Counted from the first letter of the stretch, positions 19,357 to 29,805 are shown. The stretch is DNA of 64,000 nucleotides from Thermodesulfobacteriota bacterium (GCA_964291405.2 OZ219926.1:4096001-4160000), one strand, 5' to 3'. Program-made: numbers and translations. The notes: generated by a model from the letters alone, not told the origin.

Positions 19357-20121
19357 TCAAAGCTGCTCCTGCAAAAATCGATTGATGACCGTGGCGACGT
19401 AGACCGGCGCTTCCTGCTGCGGGTAGTGGCCGGCATTGCGGCAGACAGCCATTTCGGCGTTGGGGTACCAGGTGAGAAAGGTCTCTTTTGTTATCGCCTC
19501 GGTGAACGGCTCCATGTCGAACTCGCCAATGATGATGAGCATGGGCGTGGTATTGCCCTTCATCTGGTCGAGAAAGCCTTGGGTGGCCAGGCTCTTCAAA
19601 TAGCCGGCCTGGGCTTCTTTGCTGCGGGTTGAGCGGGTCTGCCGGATTTTGAAGTCGAGCCATTCCCGGCATAGCCGGTTACCGGTCAGGACGTCGAAGG
19701 CTTGGGCCAGGGCGTCGTTGTCGGTGATCGAGTCGGTGATGACGGCCAGGCCCTCGGGAGAAAAACGTAAGCCGGTCGCCGCAACCGGCGTGTTGAGGAT
19801 CGCCGACTTGACGCGCTCGCCGCCGTCCAAGACGACCCTCTGGGCCAGCATGCCGCTCATGGAATGGCCGACGATGTGGAACCGCTGCCAGCCCAGATTG
19901 TCGGCCAGGGCAAGGATGTCGGACGCGGCTTCCACCGGCGTATATTCGCCGGGAATGTGGCGCGACGCGCCGTAGCCGCGTACCTCAACGAACGCGAAAG
20001 TAAAATTCCTGGTGTCAAAAAAATTACGGGCGAACGCCCAGGTGTCCCGGCAGCCGTAGAAGTCGTGCATGACGATAACGCCTTCCGGGCCGCCGCCGTA
20101 CAGTTCGTGACCAATAATCAT
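19357..20121 (-). CDS. Alpha/beta hydrolase (esterase-like)
   Basis: RGYGAS, GHSMSG nucleophile elbow, NAGHYP. Confidence 0.85.
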   Translation of the reverse strand: MIIGHELYGGGPEGVIVMHDFYGCRDTWAFARNFFDTRNFTFAFVEVRGYGASRHIPGEYTPVEAASDILALADNLGWQRFHIVGHSMSGMLAQRVVLDGGERVKSAILNTPVAATGLRFSPEGLAVITDSITDNDALAQAFDVLTGNRLCREWLDFKIRQTRSTRSKEAQAGYLKSLATQGFLDQMKGNTTPMLIIIGEFDMEPFTEAITKETFLTWYPNAEMAVCRNAGHYPQQEAPVYVATVINRFLQEQL

Positions 20122-20158
20122 GAGTGATGCCCTCCTGTGTGTTGCAGATGGATATAGC

Positions 20159-21673
20159 TCACAGTTGCTTCCAGTCGCCAGCCCGCTCAAAGGCATGGGC
20201 CGCACGGTAGACGGTCAGTTCATCGAAATGCCGGCCCACCAGCATCAGCCCCACGGGAAGATCGTTGACCGCCCCGCATGGGAGCGAGAGCGCCGGATGG
20301 CCGGTGAGGTCAAAGGCCGGGGTGTTGGGCACCATTTCAAGAGCGCGGGCGACAATTTCCGATGCGGGAGCGTCCGGTGCCGGAATTGCAGGAGCGGTCA
20401 TGGGGAGCGTTGGCATGAGTAAGAGGTCGTGTTCCTTGAGTACCGCGTCGTAGGCTGCGGTCAGGCGTGGCCGGAGATTTTGGGCCTTCGCATAGTACAG
20501 GCCCCCATAGGCCTGTGTCATATACTCTCCTGTGAGCAGCACCAGTTTCGTTTGGGGTCCGAATTTATGCGTGTGGTCGCGCCAGTGCGCATGGGAGCGC
20601 ATCAGGCTGGGGACATAGCTGCCCGCACGGTTTTTGCCATAGCCGTTGTCGTGCATCATCGAAACGACCAGCCCTTCTACGTAAATCGGCGTCCAAATCG
20701 CAGCGCTCACCCGATGCAGAGGAATCGACACGACGGAGACCGACGCGCCCAGCGCCTCGTATGTCTTGGCTGCGGCCCGGACTTTTTCATCCACCTGCGG
20801 GTCAGAATTCGCATGGCCGAAACCCTCCTGTACGAGCGCGACTTTCAGGCCCGTAACTGGTTCTCCGAGCGCGGTGGTATACCGTTCGGCCGTGCAGTCA
20901 GGTTGCACCGGGTCGAGTCCGTCGGAGCCGGCCAACACTTCGAGGAGGGTGGCATTGTCGGCGACATCTTTCGTCATGGGACCGATGTAATCGATGGTCA
21001 TGTCGATCGGCATTGCCCCGGTATACGGCACAAGGCCAAAGGTGGCCTTCATGCCAACAATGCCGCAGAACGACGCCGGTATACGGCACGAGCCACCATG
21101 GTCTGTCCCGACTGCCAGGTCTACCTCGTCGGCGGCCACGAGCGCGCCGCAGCCCGAGGAGGAGCCCCCGGCCGTATGGCCGTGTTTATACGGGTTATGA
21201 ATTGGCCCGGTGGCATTGGTATGACTCCCGCCCGAGGTGCAAAAATATTCGCTATGCGCCTTACCGGCGACAATCCCGCCAGCATCGAGGACACGGGTGA
21301 CCACCGTGGCGTCGACGTCGGGGATATAGCCTTCAAGCGTCGAGGAACCGTTCATCATGGGAACCCCGGCAACCATGATGTTGTCCTTAAAGACGACTCG
21401 CCGCCCACTCAGCGGACCCTGGGTGGCACCCGAGATATGCGTTTGCCAATACCAGGCGTTATACGGATTATCCTCCGGGCTGGGACGATGGCCGGACGTC
21501 CGAGGATATTTCACCGGCGGAAGATCGTCCGGCAGCGCATCCAGGGCTTCGTAGATGCGGAGGTTGCCGTCGATCAACTCCGCGAACTCCTGGGCCTCGG
21601 CAGCCTCGATATCCATAAAGACGTGCTCGCCTAGGCGTTGTATTTCCTGTGCGCTCGGTCGTGTAATACCCAT
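20159..21673 (-). CDS. Amidase (amidase signature family)
   Basis: FKDNI, GGSSSG and GTDHGGSCRIPAS (Ser-cisSer-Lys triad). Confidence 0.9.
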   Translation of the reverse strand: MGITRPSAQEIQRLGEHVFMDIEAAEAQEFAELIDGNLRIYEALDALPDDLPPVKYPRTSGHRPSPEDNPYNAWYWQTHISGATQGPLSGRRVVFKDNIMVAGVPMMNGSSTLEGYIPDVDATVVTRVLDAGGIVAGKAHSEYFCTSGGSHTNATGPIHNPYKHGHTAGGSSSGCGALVAADEVDLAVGTDHGGSCRIPASFCGIVGMKATFGLVPYTGAMPIDMTIDYIGPMTKDVADNATLLEVLAGSDGLDPVQPDCTAERYTTALGEPVTGLKVALVQEGFGHANSDPQVDEKVRAAAKTYEALGASVSVVSIPLHRVSAAIWTPIYVEGLVVSMMHDNGYGKNRAGSYVPSLMRSHAHWRDHTHKFGPQTKLVLLTGEYMTQAYGGLYYAKAQNLRPRLTAAYDAVLKEHDLLLMPTLPMTAPAIPAPDAPASEIVARALEMVPNTPAFDLTGHPALSLPCGAVNDLPVGLMLVGRHFDELTVYRAAHAFERAGDWKQL

Positions 21674-21778
21674 GCCCGTGCCCCATATACGTGATGAAGG
21701 ATGCAGTGATAGTATCAGCCCTGGTTCTCGGGTCGCTACGGCCCGGGATGGCAATCAACCCCGATGGAGGACGCGCGT

Positions 21779-22165
21779 ATGTCTGACACAAACGAAGTTA
21801 CCCCTGAATTTCTGGCGAATTTCACCCAGGCCTGGAACGACAAAGACCTCGACAAGCTGATGGAGCATATGGCCGACGGCTGTGTGTTCATGGCCTCCGT
21901 CGGCACCGAAACCGAAGGGACCAAGTGGGAGGGGAGAGAAGAAGTCCGCCAGGGCTTTGCCAGTCTATGGGAGGGCTATCCGGATGCCCACTTCGAGCCG
22001 GTGGGTAGAGACTTTATTGTGGGCAATCGGGGGGTATGTGAGTGGATATTTACCGGGACCAGGGTATCAGATGGGATGAAGGTGAGGGCGCGCGGGTGTG
22101 ATGTGCTGACCTTTAAGGACGGTAAAATCCTGGTCAAGAACTCGATGCGCAAACAACGCCCGTAG
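21779..22165 (+). CDS. NTF2/SnoaL-like protein
   Basis: AWNDKDLDKLM, EWIFTGT, RGCDVLTFKDGKI. Confidence 0.75.
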   Translation: MSDTNEVTPEFLANFTQAWNDKDLDKLMEHMADGCVFMASVGTETEGTKWEGREEVRQGFASLWEGYPDAHFEPVGRDFIVGNRGVCEWIFTGTRVSDGMKVRARGCDVLTFKDGKILVKNSMRKQRP

Positions 22166-22234
22166 CCAAAGCTGATATCGACCCTCTCCCACCGGGATGG
22201 GGTATTCGGAGCGGAGCGAAACTCGACCGCTCGC

Positions 22235-23404
22235 CTAGTGAGCAAATTCGGGAATAATTTTCGTCCCCAAAATATCCAACTGCTCTTTCATCTCGTCCCG
22301 AGGCAAGAATCCCTGGTCAGACAGAATCATGAACCAGTCCGGGTTGAGTTTTTCCTTGACCGCTTCCAGCTGTCGCCGGATATCATCGACCGTCCCGACA
22401 AAGGCAATGCCGGCCTCGATAAGCGGCTCAATCGTGGTTGGAATCTCTTGAGCAAACTTGGCGTGGAACTGGCTGAATAAGAAGATCGCCCCGTCGTGCG
22501 CCCGCCGCAGGGCTTCTTCGCGCGTCTTGGCGACATACAAGAGTCTGGCTAGGCCGACGTTCTGGCCGAGCTGTATATCGTGTCCGGCGGCGTTGGCGGC
22601 TTCGGTGTAGACCGCCGCACCCTGGATAGCCAGGTCCGGGAAGGGCAGGAACATCATCGGGACAATCCCTTCGCGGGCGGTCCAGCGGATGGTTTCTTCG
22701 TTTGTCGTTAGGGCCTGGAACAAGGGCGGATGCGGCTTTTGATACGGCTTGGGCACGGGTGATATCTTATGCAGCCAGCCCTTGGCATCCACCTCGCCGG
22801 GTGCGCCGTAACGCCGGGTTGCCTCGTGGGCCGGCCAGTCGTGGCCGCCGGCAGGAAAGGGAGCTTGATAGTATTTGCCGTTAAAAGAGAACGGCTCGTC
22901 TCTCCAGGCGAGTTTCATGACCTCGAACAACTCTTGAAAAACCTCACGGTTACGGAGTTCGGCGTCAGGACCTGAGGTCCCCGGTTCAACGCTATATTTC
23001 TGTCCCAGAACATTTACCCAGCGCGGAAAAAATCCACGCGCGAGACCAACAAAGATGCGACCTTTCGACATATGATCCACCCAGGCAATGTCCTCAGCCA
23101 GGCGAATGGGGTCCCAGGTAGGTAAGACAAAACCGACCGGTCCAACCTGAATACGTTTGGTGTGGTGTATCAGGTTGAGCATATGCGGAATCGGCGTGGC
23201 TCCCGCCTCAAGGCCTTCGGTATAGAAATGATGTTCTGAATAGCTCAGCGCGTCGAACGCCATCTCTTCAGCAAACTGGGCCAGGTCAACCATTTCTTCA
23301 AGCATTTCCTGGGTTTTATCCGTGCGGTGGGCAATGGGAGCCAGGCGTTCTCGTTCCGCCGGGGTGGCGGGAACGACTGGGGTGAGGTGGAGCATGAATT
23401 TCAT
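22235..23404 (-). CDS. LLM-class flavin-dependent oxidoreductase
   Basis: SEHHFYTEG, WDPIRLAEDIAWVD, PKPYQKPHPP, VGTVDD. Confidence 0.9.
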   Translation of the reverse strand: MKFMLHLTPVVPATPAERERLAPIAHRTDKTQEMLEEMVDLAQFAEEMAFDALSYSEHHFYTEGLEAGATPIPHMLNLIHHTKRIQVGPVGFVLPTWDPIRLAEDIAWVDHMSKGRIFVGLARGFFPRWVNVLGQKYSVEPGTSGPDAELRNREVFQELFEVMKLAWRDEPFSFNGKYYQAPFPAGGHDWPAHEATRRYGAPGEVDAKGWLHKISPVPKPYQKPHPPLFQALTTNEETIRWTAREGIVPMMFLPFPDLAIQGAAVYTEAANAAGHDIQLGQNVGLARLLYVAKTREEALRRAHDGAIFLFSQFHAKFAQEIPTTIEPLIEAGIAFVGTVDDIRRQLEAVKEKLNPDWFMILSDQGFLPRDEMKEQLDILGTKIIPEFAH

Positions 23405-23429
23405 GGAAACCTCCAGTGTCGGGCCGATG

Positions 23430-24521
23430 TTACACCAAGTACCGGGCGACCGCGTCCTCGTTCCAGGTGATGCCAGCTCCTGGGGTTGACGAGGGAAAGG
23501 CATCGCCATCTTCAATCTGCGTTGGTTCCTGGAGCACGGGCTCGGCCCAGTCTACATACTCCAGCCAGTGCCGCGTCGGGGTTGCGGCCAGCAAATGAAC
23601 ACTGATTTCCGGGTAGAGATGAGAGGAGATGGGAATCCCGCTTGGCTCGGCCAGTGCGGCGGCACGCAGCCAGCCGGACACGCCGCCGATTTTATTGACA
23701 TCCGGCATGAGAAAATCTCCTGACCCGGCCGCAATAGCTTTGGCCATGTCATGCGGCCCCCAGAAGTTCTCCCCAAGCTGGATGGGCGTATGAGTGGCTT
23801 GGCGAATCTGGGCATAGCCGGCGTAGTCGTCTGCACGCGTTGGCTCCTCGATCCAACACAGCCCTTCGCCGTCAAGAGCGTGGATGCGTTGTATGGCCTC
23901 CGACACGGTCAAGGATTGATTGTAGTCTGACATAAGCGTGATATCGTCCGGCACGGCATTGCGGATTGCCCGTACGATCTCGACATCCGCGCGGGCATCT
24001 TCATAGCCAAGTCGTACCTTTATGGCATCGAAGCCCGGCTCAACCAACTCGCGGGCCTCACTCCGTACCCGGTTTACGTCCGTAATGCTCAGGCCGGTAC
24101 TGTTATAGGCTGGAATGGGTTGTGATTGCCCGCCCAAGAGTTGTACCAGGGGCTGTCCTACCGCCTTGGCGCAGGCGTCCCAGGCCGCCGCATCGATCCC
24201 GGCTGCGGCCATGGCCGTAAAACCCTGCGGGCCGAGCAGCCGAAAAGCCTTGTGGAGCTTTTCTTCCAGGGCGAGCGGGATAACCTTGTCGCCAACAATA
24301 AGCTCGCCCAGATTTTCGAGCAGCTTCACCAGCGGCAGCATGACAAATGGGGCATAGCAGAAGATATAGCTACAACCGCAAATGCCCTCCTCGGCCTCAA
24401 GATCAACCAGGACCATGGGAAATCTCGTGACCGATCCACCCCCGGTATATATCGGGCGATTCATCGGCAAGCTGACCGCGCGGGCGCGGAGGGCGCGAAC
24501 AGTCAGGGCATCGGCAGACAT
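23430..24521 (-). CDS. Mandelate racemase/muconate lactonizing enzyme family protein
   Basis: Metal ligands DYNQ, WIEEP, GENF; DVNKIGG; SSHLYPE. Confidence 0.85.
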   Translation of the reverse strand: MSADALTVRALRARAVSLPMNRPIYTGGGSVTRFPMVLVDLEAEEGICGCSYIFCYAPFVMLPLVKLLENLGELIVGDKVIPLALEEKLHKAFRLLGPQGFTAMAAAGIDAAAWDACAKAVGQPLVQLLGGQSQPIPAYNSTGLSITDVNRVRSEARELVEPGFDAIKVRLGYEDARADVEIVRAIRNAVPDDITLMSDYNQSLTVSEAIQRIHALDGEGLCWIEEPTRADDYAGYAQIRQATHTPIQLGENFWGPHDMAKAIAAGSGDFLMPDVNKIGGVSGWLRAAALAEPSGIPISSHLYPEISVHLLAATPTRHWLEYVDWAEPVLQEPTQIEDGDAFPSSTPGAGITWNEDAVARYLV

Positions 24522-24683
24522 ACAGTCCTCCTTTATATTTCAGGACATTCCTGCGGAACGCTGCGGCGTAAGTATAGCGAATGGATTGGGAGAAAGATAA
24601 TCTTGCTTGCCGCGTGGCAATTTATTATTGATATTCACTATTGCTGGGTTCCGGCAGGTTCGTGATGGAGGAGAGAAATTTGC

Positions 24684-25880
24684 ATGCAACGCAGCACTGA
24701 TCGTGTTCTCACCACTCATGCTGGCAGTCTGCCACGTAGTGCAAGGCTCCTTCAGATGTTGGTCGATCGAGAAGCCCGTCACGAGGTCGATGAAGCCGCA
24801 TTTGAAAAACAGGTCGAGCACGACCTCGATTATGTGTTGCAAAAACAGAAGGCGGTGGGGGTCGATATTGTCTGCGATGGCGAACTGCCCCGGCTCGGAT
24901 TCTCTTTTTATGTCAAAGACCGCATGTCAGGCTTTGGGGGCCACTCGCCACGTGGTACGGTGACTGATTTTGCAAAATTTCCAGGCTATGCCAAACTCAA
25001 GCAACAACAAGCGTCAAGGGGAGACGAGATTTCCAAGAGCGCAACCTTATACGCTATGCCGGAATGCCAATACGCCGTGAAATACGACACAGAGCAGCAC
25101 GCCGCGCAGCAAGAGCTGCGGCTCTTCAAAGCATCCCTGGAACGCACGGGGATCGGGAACCACGTAGCAGAGACGTTTGTGACCGCCGCCACTCCGGGCA
25201 TTGTCTCTACCACTCTGTTGCGCAATCCAAACAATCTCGACTACACCACTGACCGGGACTATGTGATGGCCTTGGCCAAGGAGTTGCGCGGTGAGTATGA
25301 ACTCATTGTAGAGCACGGCCATATTCTTCAGGTCGATGGACCCGACCTGGCCTTAGAGCGCCAGATTCTGTATGTGAATAAACCGCTCGACGCCTTTCTC
25401 AAACGGGTCGAACTGCATATTGAGGCGCTCAACGCCGCCCTGATCAACATCCCCAAAGACCGCGTGCGGCTGCACGTGTGCTGGGGGAACTGGGACGGTC
25501 CCCATATCGACGATATGGATTTGGAGCCCCTGTTGCCGCTCCTCTATCAGGCCAAGGTGGGCGGGTTGAGCATTCCCTTTGCCAATCCGCGCCATCAGCA
25601 TGAGGGCGAGCTGTTTGTGTCCTACCCGCTCCCGGATGATATGCTGCTCTTTCCTGGTGTGGTGGATGTGACGACGAATTATCTCGAACACCCCGAGGTC
25701 GTTGCTGAACGCATTGCGCGGCTGATCGACGTGGTTGGCGAGCGGGAACGTATTATCGCCAGTACGGACTGTGGGTTTTCAACTTTTGCCGGCTATACCA
25801 TGGTCGCTGACGATGTGGTATGGGCGAAACTACAGGTGCTGAGCCAAGGCGCGGCCTTAGCGTCTCAACGTTTATGGTAA
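24684..25880 (+). CDS. Cobalamin-independent methionine synthase II family protein (MetE C-terminal / epoxyalkane:CoM transferase-like)
   Basis: TTHAGSLPR, RLHVCWGN, PGVVD, STDCGF. Confidence 0.85.
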   Translation: MQRSTDRVLTTHAGSLPRSARLLQMLVDREARHEVDEAAFEKQVEHDLDYVLQKQKAVGVDIVCDGELPRLGFSFYVKDRMSGFGGHSPRGTVTDFAKFPGYAKLKQQQASRGDEISKSATLYAMPECQYAVKYDTEQHAAQQELRLFKASLERTGIGNHVAETFVTAATPGIVSTTLLRNPNNLDYTTDRDYVMALAKELRGEYELIVEHGHILQVDGPDLALERQILYVNKPLDAFLKRVELHIEALNAALINIPKDRVRLHVCWGNWDGPHIDDMDLEPLLPLLYQAKVGGLSIPFANPRHQHEGELFVSYPLPDDMLLFPGVVDVTTNYLEHPEVVAERIARLIDVVGERERIIASTDCGFSTFAGYTMVADDVVWAKLQVLSQGAALASQRLW

Positions 25881-25907
25881 GACCACGAGTCTGAAGGAGA
25901 GGGAGCA

Positions 25908-26480
25908 ATGGCAAATCGCAACATGACCAAAGAGGAAATTGCCCGGCGAGTGGCCCGGTTTGATCAGCTCCAGCCCATGTCCACGTCAAAAGATATGGCG
26001 GACGTGTCGCAGGACGCGATGGATGTCATCTTTGCGCGCACCCTCATGCCGGTCCTTCTGGAGAAGACCAAGAATCCGTTTGGTGAGACTGCCGCGATAT
26101 TTGGAGCGGCGGGAACAACAATGCACGTTTCCGTTTGCCCGCCAGGACAAGGGCCATGCCTCCACTCGCACAACAATACCTATGAGACCTTCATGGTCCT
26201 CGACGGTGCGTTTGAGTTTTCGGTTGGCGAGGAAGGCCAGGAAACCGTCACGCTCAATAAATGGGACGTGTTCTCCTGCCCGCCAGGTGTATATCGCGGC
26301 TTCCGCAACAGCGCGCCCAAAGACAGCGTGTTGCTGACTGTTATTAGCGGTGCAGCCGATGCCCGGGATGACGTGGGGGTACCACCGAAGGTCACCGAAC
26401 AGATTCGTGCCGATTACGGGGAGGACGTACTCCGCAAGTTTCGGACGATCATGACGTTTGACGATCGGGAGCAGGCATAG
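25908..26480 (+). CDS. Cupin domain protein
   Basis: PPGQGPCLHSH...ETFMVLDG, PPGVYRGFRN. Confidence 0.8.
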   Translation: MANRNMTKEEIARRVARFDQLQPMSTSKDMADVSQDAMDVIFARTLMPVLLEKTKNPFGETAAIFGAAGTTMHVSVCPPGQGPCLHSHNNTYETFMVLDGAFEFSVGEEGQETVTLNKWDVFSCPPGVYRGFRNSAPKDSVLLTVISGAADARDDVGVPPKVTEQIRADYGEDVLRKFRTIMTFDDREQA

Positions 26481-26532
26481 CCGAGCGCAGACTCTTCACC
26501 TGACCCGCATGGAATAAGGAAGGAAGACATTC

Positions 26533-26976
26533 ATGGATGCCGAGCAAAAACAAAAACTCGCAGACCTGTGCGCGCAGCAGCACGTGGCAATCCTCACAAC
26601 TCAAGGGGAAGCCTGGCCGACGGCCCATATGCAAGCGTTTGGGCAGACCGACGAGCTGGATTTGATCTTCATTATGCTGGCCGATGCGGAAAAGTATCAC
26701 AATCTGCTCGCGCGTCCTCAAGCGACCGTTGTGGTTGATAATAGAGACACGGGTGATGTCTCAACCTTTCAAGTGGCCCGCGCGACGATACAGGGACTGG
26801 CCAAAGAGGTCGCTCGGGACAGCGCCGAATGGGACGAGTTAAAAGAGCGTTTCCTGACAAAGAACCCGTTTGAAGAACCGTTCTTTGGCTATGACAGCTT
26901 ACGCATGATGCGCCTGACTCCCAAGCGGGTCTCGTATGCCAACGGCCTGACAGATACATTCAAGGCTGAACTGTAG
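26533..26976 (+). CDS. Pyridoxamine 5'-phosphate oxidase-like (split-barrel flavin/F420-binding) protein
   Basis: VAILTT, KYHNLLARPQATVVVD, ATIQGLA. Confidence 0.65.
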   Translation: MDAEQKQKLADLCAQQHVAILTTQGEAWPTAHMQAFGQTDELDLIFIMLADAEKYHNLLARPQATVVVDNRDTGDVSTFQVARATIQGLAKEVARDSAEWDELKERFLTKNPFEEPFFGYDSLRMMRLTPKRVSYANGLTDTFKAEL

Positions 26977-27031
26977 GCAAAAGACAGGTCGGCATATCTG
27001 CTCCGCGTTTCATGTACTACAGAGCCGCGAA

Positions 27032-28036
27032 CTACGGAGCCATGGCGCCGTCCGCAAAGTATTTGGTAGCCAAGTCTCTGGCCTGCTCCCGGCTGAGGCC
27101 GTGCGACTCCCAGGCGTCACGTGAACGATCCAGGATGTCTTCCAGGTCGGTGGTCTTCTTGAAATCGCCGAGCTGATCGTGCTCGGTCTCAAGCCCCAGG
27201 GCTTCGGCAACGAAAGAGATATAATTGCGGACGGTGAGCCGCGTGTCGCCGATGTCGCACCACTCGCGATGACAGGCGTGTGAGATCGTTGCCAGTGTAT
27301 CCGCCTGACTCGTACTCTTGAGCGAGCGGACCAGTTCAGCCCGGATGGCCTGAAAGTGCTGCGGCGGCAGACGCAGGCCGGCCGCCCCGCAGTCGTAGTC
27401 CAACTCCGGTGGAGACTGAAGTTCGTCGAGCAGTTCGATACCAGGAATCGAATCCAGGAGGGCGGCTGCGGCCTCTCGGTCCCGCTTGGCCCGCCGCTGT
27501 CCCTCTTCATGCCCGGTGCGGCCCACGTGGGTATGCAGCGCGACCTTACCGGAAACCGCGCGTTCCCACGCGATCTCCCCGCGCCGGACCATCTCGGCCA
27601 GGAACTGGGTGGTATGAGTGATCTCGAACTGGGGATGACGGCTGTCGCGGCCAATGACGATGTCCTTGAAATGAACGTTGCAGGACGGACACCACATGAC
27701 CACTTGCTTGGGCTGATAGGATTCCAAGCGTTCAACCGTCCGATCAGAAACCTGACTGCCTCGCTTGGGACCGTCAAATTTGTCCCACACGATGCCGCAG
27801 CAGAACTGCACCCCGCCGACGGGAATAAAATCGATCCCCAGGTGTGTGAACACGTCAATGACCTGCTTGGCGATATGTGGCGTGCGTAAAATATTGCAGC
27901 CCAGATACAGCACGGTATCGTAGGCGCGGTCGGGCGTCTGGTGCTTCTCGATCCACGAGACATCCTCCGCCCTGATCTGCAACTGCTTGAGGTCTTGAAT
28001 CCGGCGAAAAAAAGCCGAGTAGTTAAACTCTGCCAT
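27032..28036 (-). CDS. Stand-alone CCG-domain (heterodisulfide reductase-related) Fe-S protein
   Basis: YLGCN, FCCG, WCPSC, DCG, SHACHRE cysteine pattern. Confidence 0.7.
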   Translation of the reverse strand: MAEFNYSAFFRRIQDLKQLQIRAEDVSWIEKHQTPDRAYDTVLYLGCNILRTPHIAKQVIDVFTHLGIDFIPVGGVQFCCGIVWDKFDGPKRGSQVSDRTVERLESYQPKQVVMWCPSCNVHFKDIVIGRDSRHPQFEITHTTQFLAEMVRRGEIAWERAVSGKVALHTHVGRTGHEEGQRRAKRDREAAAALLDSIPGIELLDELQSPPELDYDCGAAGLRLPPQHFQAIRAELVRSLKSTSQADTLATISHACHREWCDIGDTRLTVRNYISFVAEALGLETEHDQLGDFKKTTDLEDILDRSRDAWESHGLSREQARDLATKYFADGAMAP

Positions 28037-28048
28037 AAGGGCCGCTCC

Positions 28049-28894
28049 TCAATACGTCACCCCTTCGACATCTTCGAACATTTCAAGTGGGGTTTCGCGG
28101 GTTTGCAGTTCACTATCCCGGCCATCAACCCAGCCGAGAAAGGTGTCGTGTGCCCGATAGCCGAGCAACTGCTGCAAACGTTCCGGCAGTTCTTTCGCGA
28201 TATCAACCGGGACGGCTAAATACTGATTCTCTTCCTGCCGCAGCCAACCCACGCTAAAGGAAAAAAACAGACCAGTGCGCGGGGTGTCGGTGGTATTCGT
28301 ACCCAGCCCGTGCAGCGTTTTGCCAAGCCACACCACCGCGGAGCCTTGTGGCATGGCGGCCTGGCAGACTTCCTCTTCGGCTGCACACCGGTCTGCCGGC
28401 CAGCGATGGCTGCCCGGCACGAGCCGGGTTGCGCCGTTCTCAGCGGTAAAGTCGCTACCGGCAAACATGAAAAAGAGGATGTATTCCGGGTCGTCCGGAT
28501 TGAGCTTGATAAACGGCGTATAGGCGTCGAGTTCCCGGTGCAGCGGTTGGTTCTGTCCACCGCCCCAGACCTGTATCGATCCGGTGGCATGGAGCTGGTA
28601 GGCCTTACAGCTTGGACCAAGCACCTGGTCTGCGAGTGATTGAACGATCGGGTTGAGGGGGAGTTGGCTCAGCTCCGGTCCGTGAGAGAACAACGCGCCT
28701 ATACTGCGTTTGCGATACCCGAAAAACTTCCCACCGCCCGTTTTGCGCTCGGCGAGTCTGGGCTCGACCTTGCCCATAATGTCTTGCATGGCGGCCCGAT
28801 CAATCAACTCCCGGATGATGACCACCCCGTCTCGTTTGAGAATGGCAAGGATATCGTCCGGCGCAGCCGTGCGCTCTACGCTTTGAATCGGCAT
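28049..28894 (-). CDS. Phytanoyl-CoA dioxygenase (PhyH) family Fe(II)/2OG enzyme
   Basis: QPLHRE, DFTAENGATRLVPGSH, TLHGLG, GWLRQEENQYL. Confidence 0.85.
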   Translation of the reverse strand: MPIQSVERTAAPDDILAILKRDGVVIIRELIDRAAMQDIMGKVEPRLAERKTGGGKFFGYRKRSIGALFSHGPELSQLPLNPIVQSLADQVLGPSCKAYQLHATGSIQVWGGGQNQPLHRELDAYTPFIKLNPDDPEYILFFMFAGSDFTAENGATRLVPGSHRWPADRCAAEEEVCQAAMPQGSAVVWLGKTLHGLGTNTTDTPRTGLFFSFSVGWLRQEENQYLAVPVDIAKELPERLQQLLGYRAHDTFLGWVDGRDSELQTRETPLEMFEDVEGVTY

Positions 28895-29022
28895 GGGCTC
28901 CCTCCCTCAATTAGTGCCGTACCCTTCCCGCCATACCACTTCGGGCCGGTTGAGGAAAGGCTTGGGCGTAGCGGGTGTTGGTCCGGGTGGGAAAGTGGGC
29001 ACGGGCGCAACGCCCGTGCCGT

Positions 29023-29805
29023 TTACTGCAGAAAGGTCGTCACTGCCTGAACAAACTCTTCCGGCTGTTCGTAGGGAAGCATGTGTCCGGCTTTTTCGAT
29101 TTCAATAATTTCGGCGTTGGCAATCTGCGCTTTGAACTGCTCCGCGTAGACCGGAGGAATGAGCGCGTCACTCTTCCCCCATACCAGCAGCGTTGGCGCG
29201 CTGAGGCGGTATAGGCGTTTTGAAAGTCGTCGGTTGGGAACCGGGAAAAGAATTTTTCCGGCCATACTCAACCGGCGGGAATTGCCAATATAGAACTCTT
29301 TGAGCGCCTCGGGGTTTTTGAGATCAAGGCCACCGGTCAACATGGCCTCACCCTGAGACCGGTCGTGGAACAGATATTGCGCGAACTCATGCGGCAGAAA
29401 GGAAAAAATGTCCGGGATTGGATGCTCCGCCAGCCACAGACCGGCTGAGGCGACCAGGACGAGCTTGGAAACGTCGTTCGGTGTCAGGGCTGCCATTTCC
29501 GCCGCAATCATGCCGCCCATCGAATGACCGACAATATGCGGCTTGGTCAAGTCCAACTCGTGCACCACATCCCAGCCGTGCAGGGCGAAGTCCAGCATAT
29601 CTTCCAGCAGGGCTTCGCCGGTTGAATCGCCAAAACCTGGGAATTCAGGGGCGAACACATGGTAATGTTGGGCCAGTTGGTCGAGGAACGGATTCTCCGG
29701 AAACAAGCCGCCGGCGCCGTGCATAAAGACCAATGGCTCGCCGCTGCCCGCGTCGAGGACGTGGACCTTGGTTCCACGTCCCGTCTCGATCATGCGGCTG
29801 TTCAT
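29023..29805 (-). CDS. Alpha/beta hydrolase
   Basis: HGAGG, PGFGDS, GHSMGG, AGHML; ATGA overlap with the upstream LLM gene. Confidence 0.85.
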   Translation of the reverse strand: MNSRMIETGRGTKVHVLDAGSGEPLVFMHGAGGLFPENPFLDQLAQHYHVFAPEFPGFGDSTGEALLEDMLDFALHGWDVVHELDLTKPHIVGHSMGGMIAAEMAALTPNDVSKLVLVASAGLWLAEHPIPDIFSFLPHEFAQYLFHDRSQGEAMLTGGLDLKNPEALKEFYIGNSRRLSMAGKILFPVPNRRLSKRLYRLSAPTLLVWGKSDALIPPVYAEQFKAQIANAEIIEIEKAGHMLPYEQPEEFVQAVTTFLQ

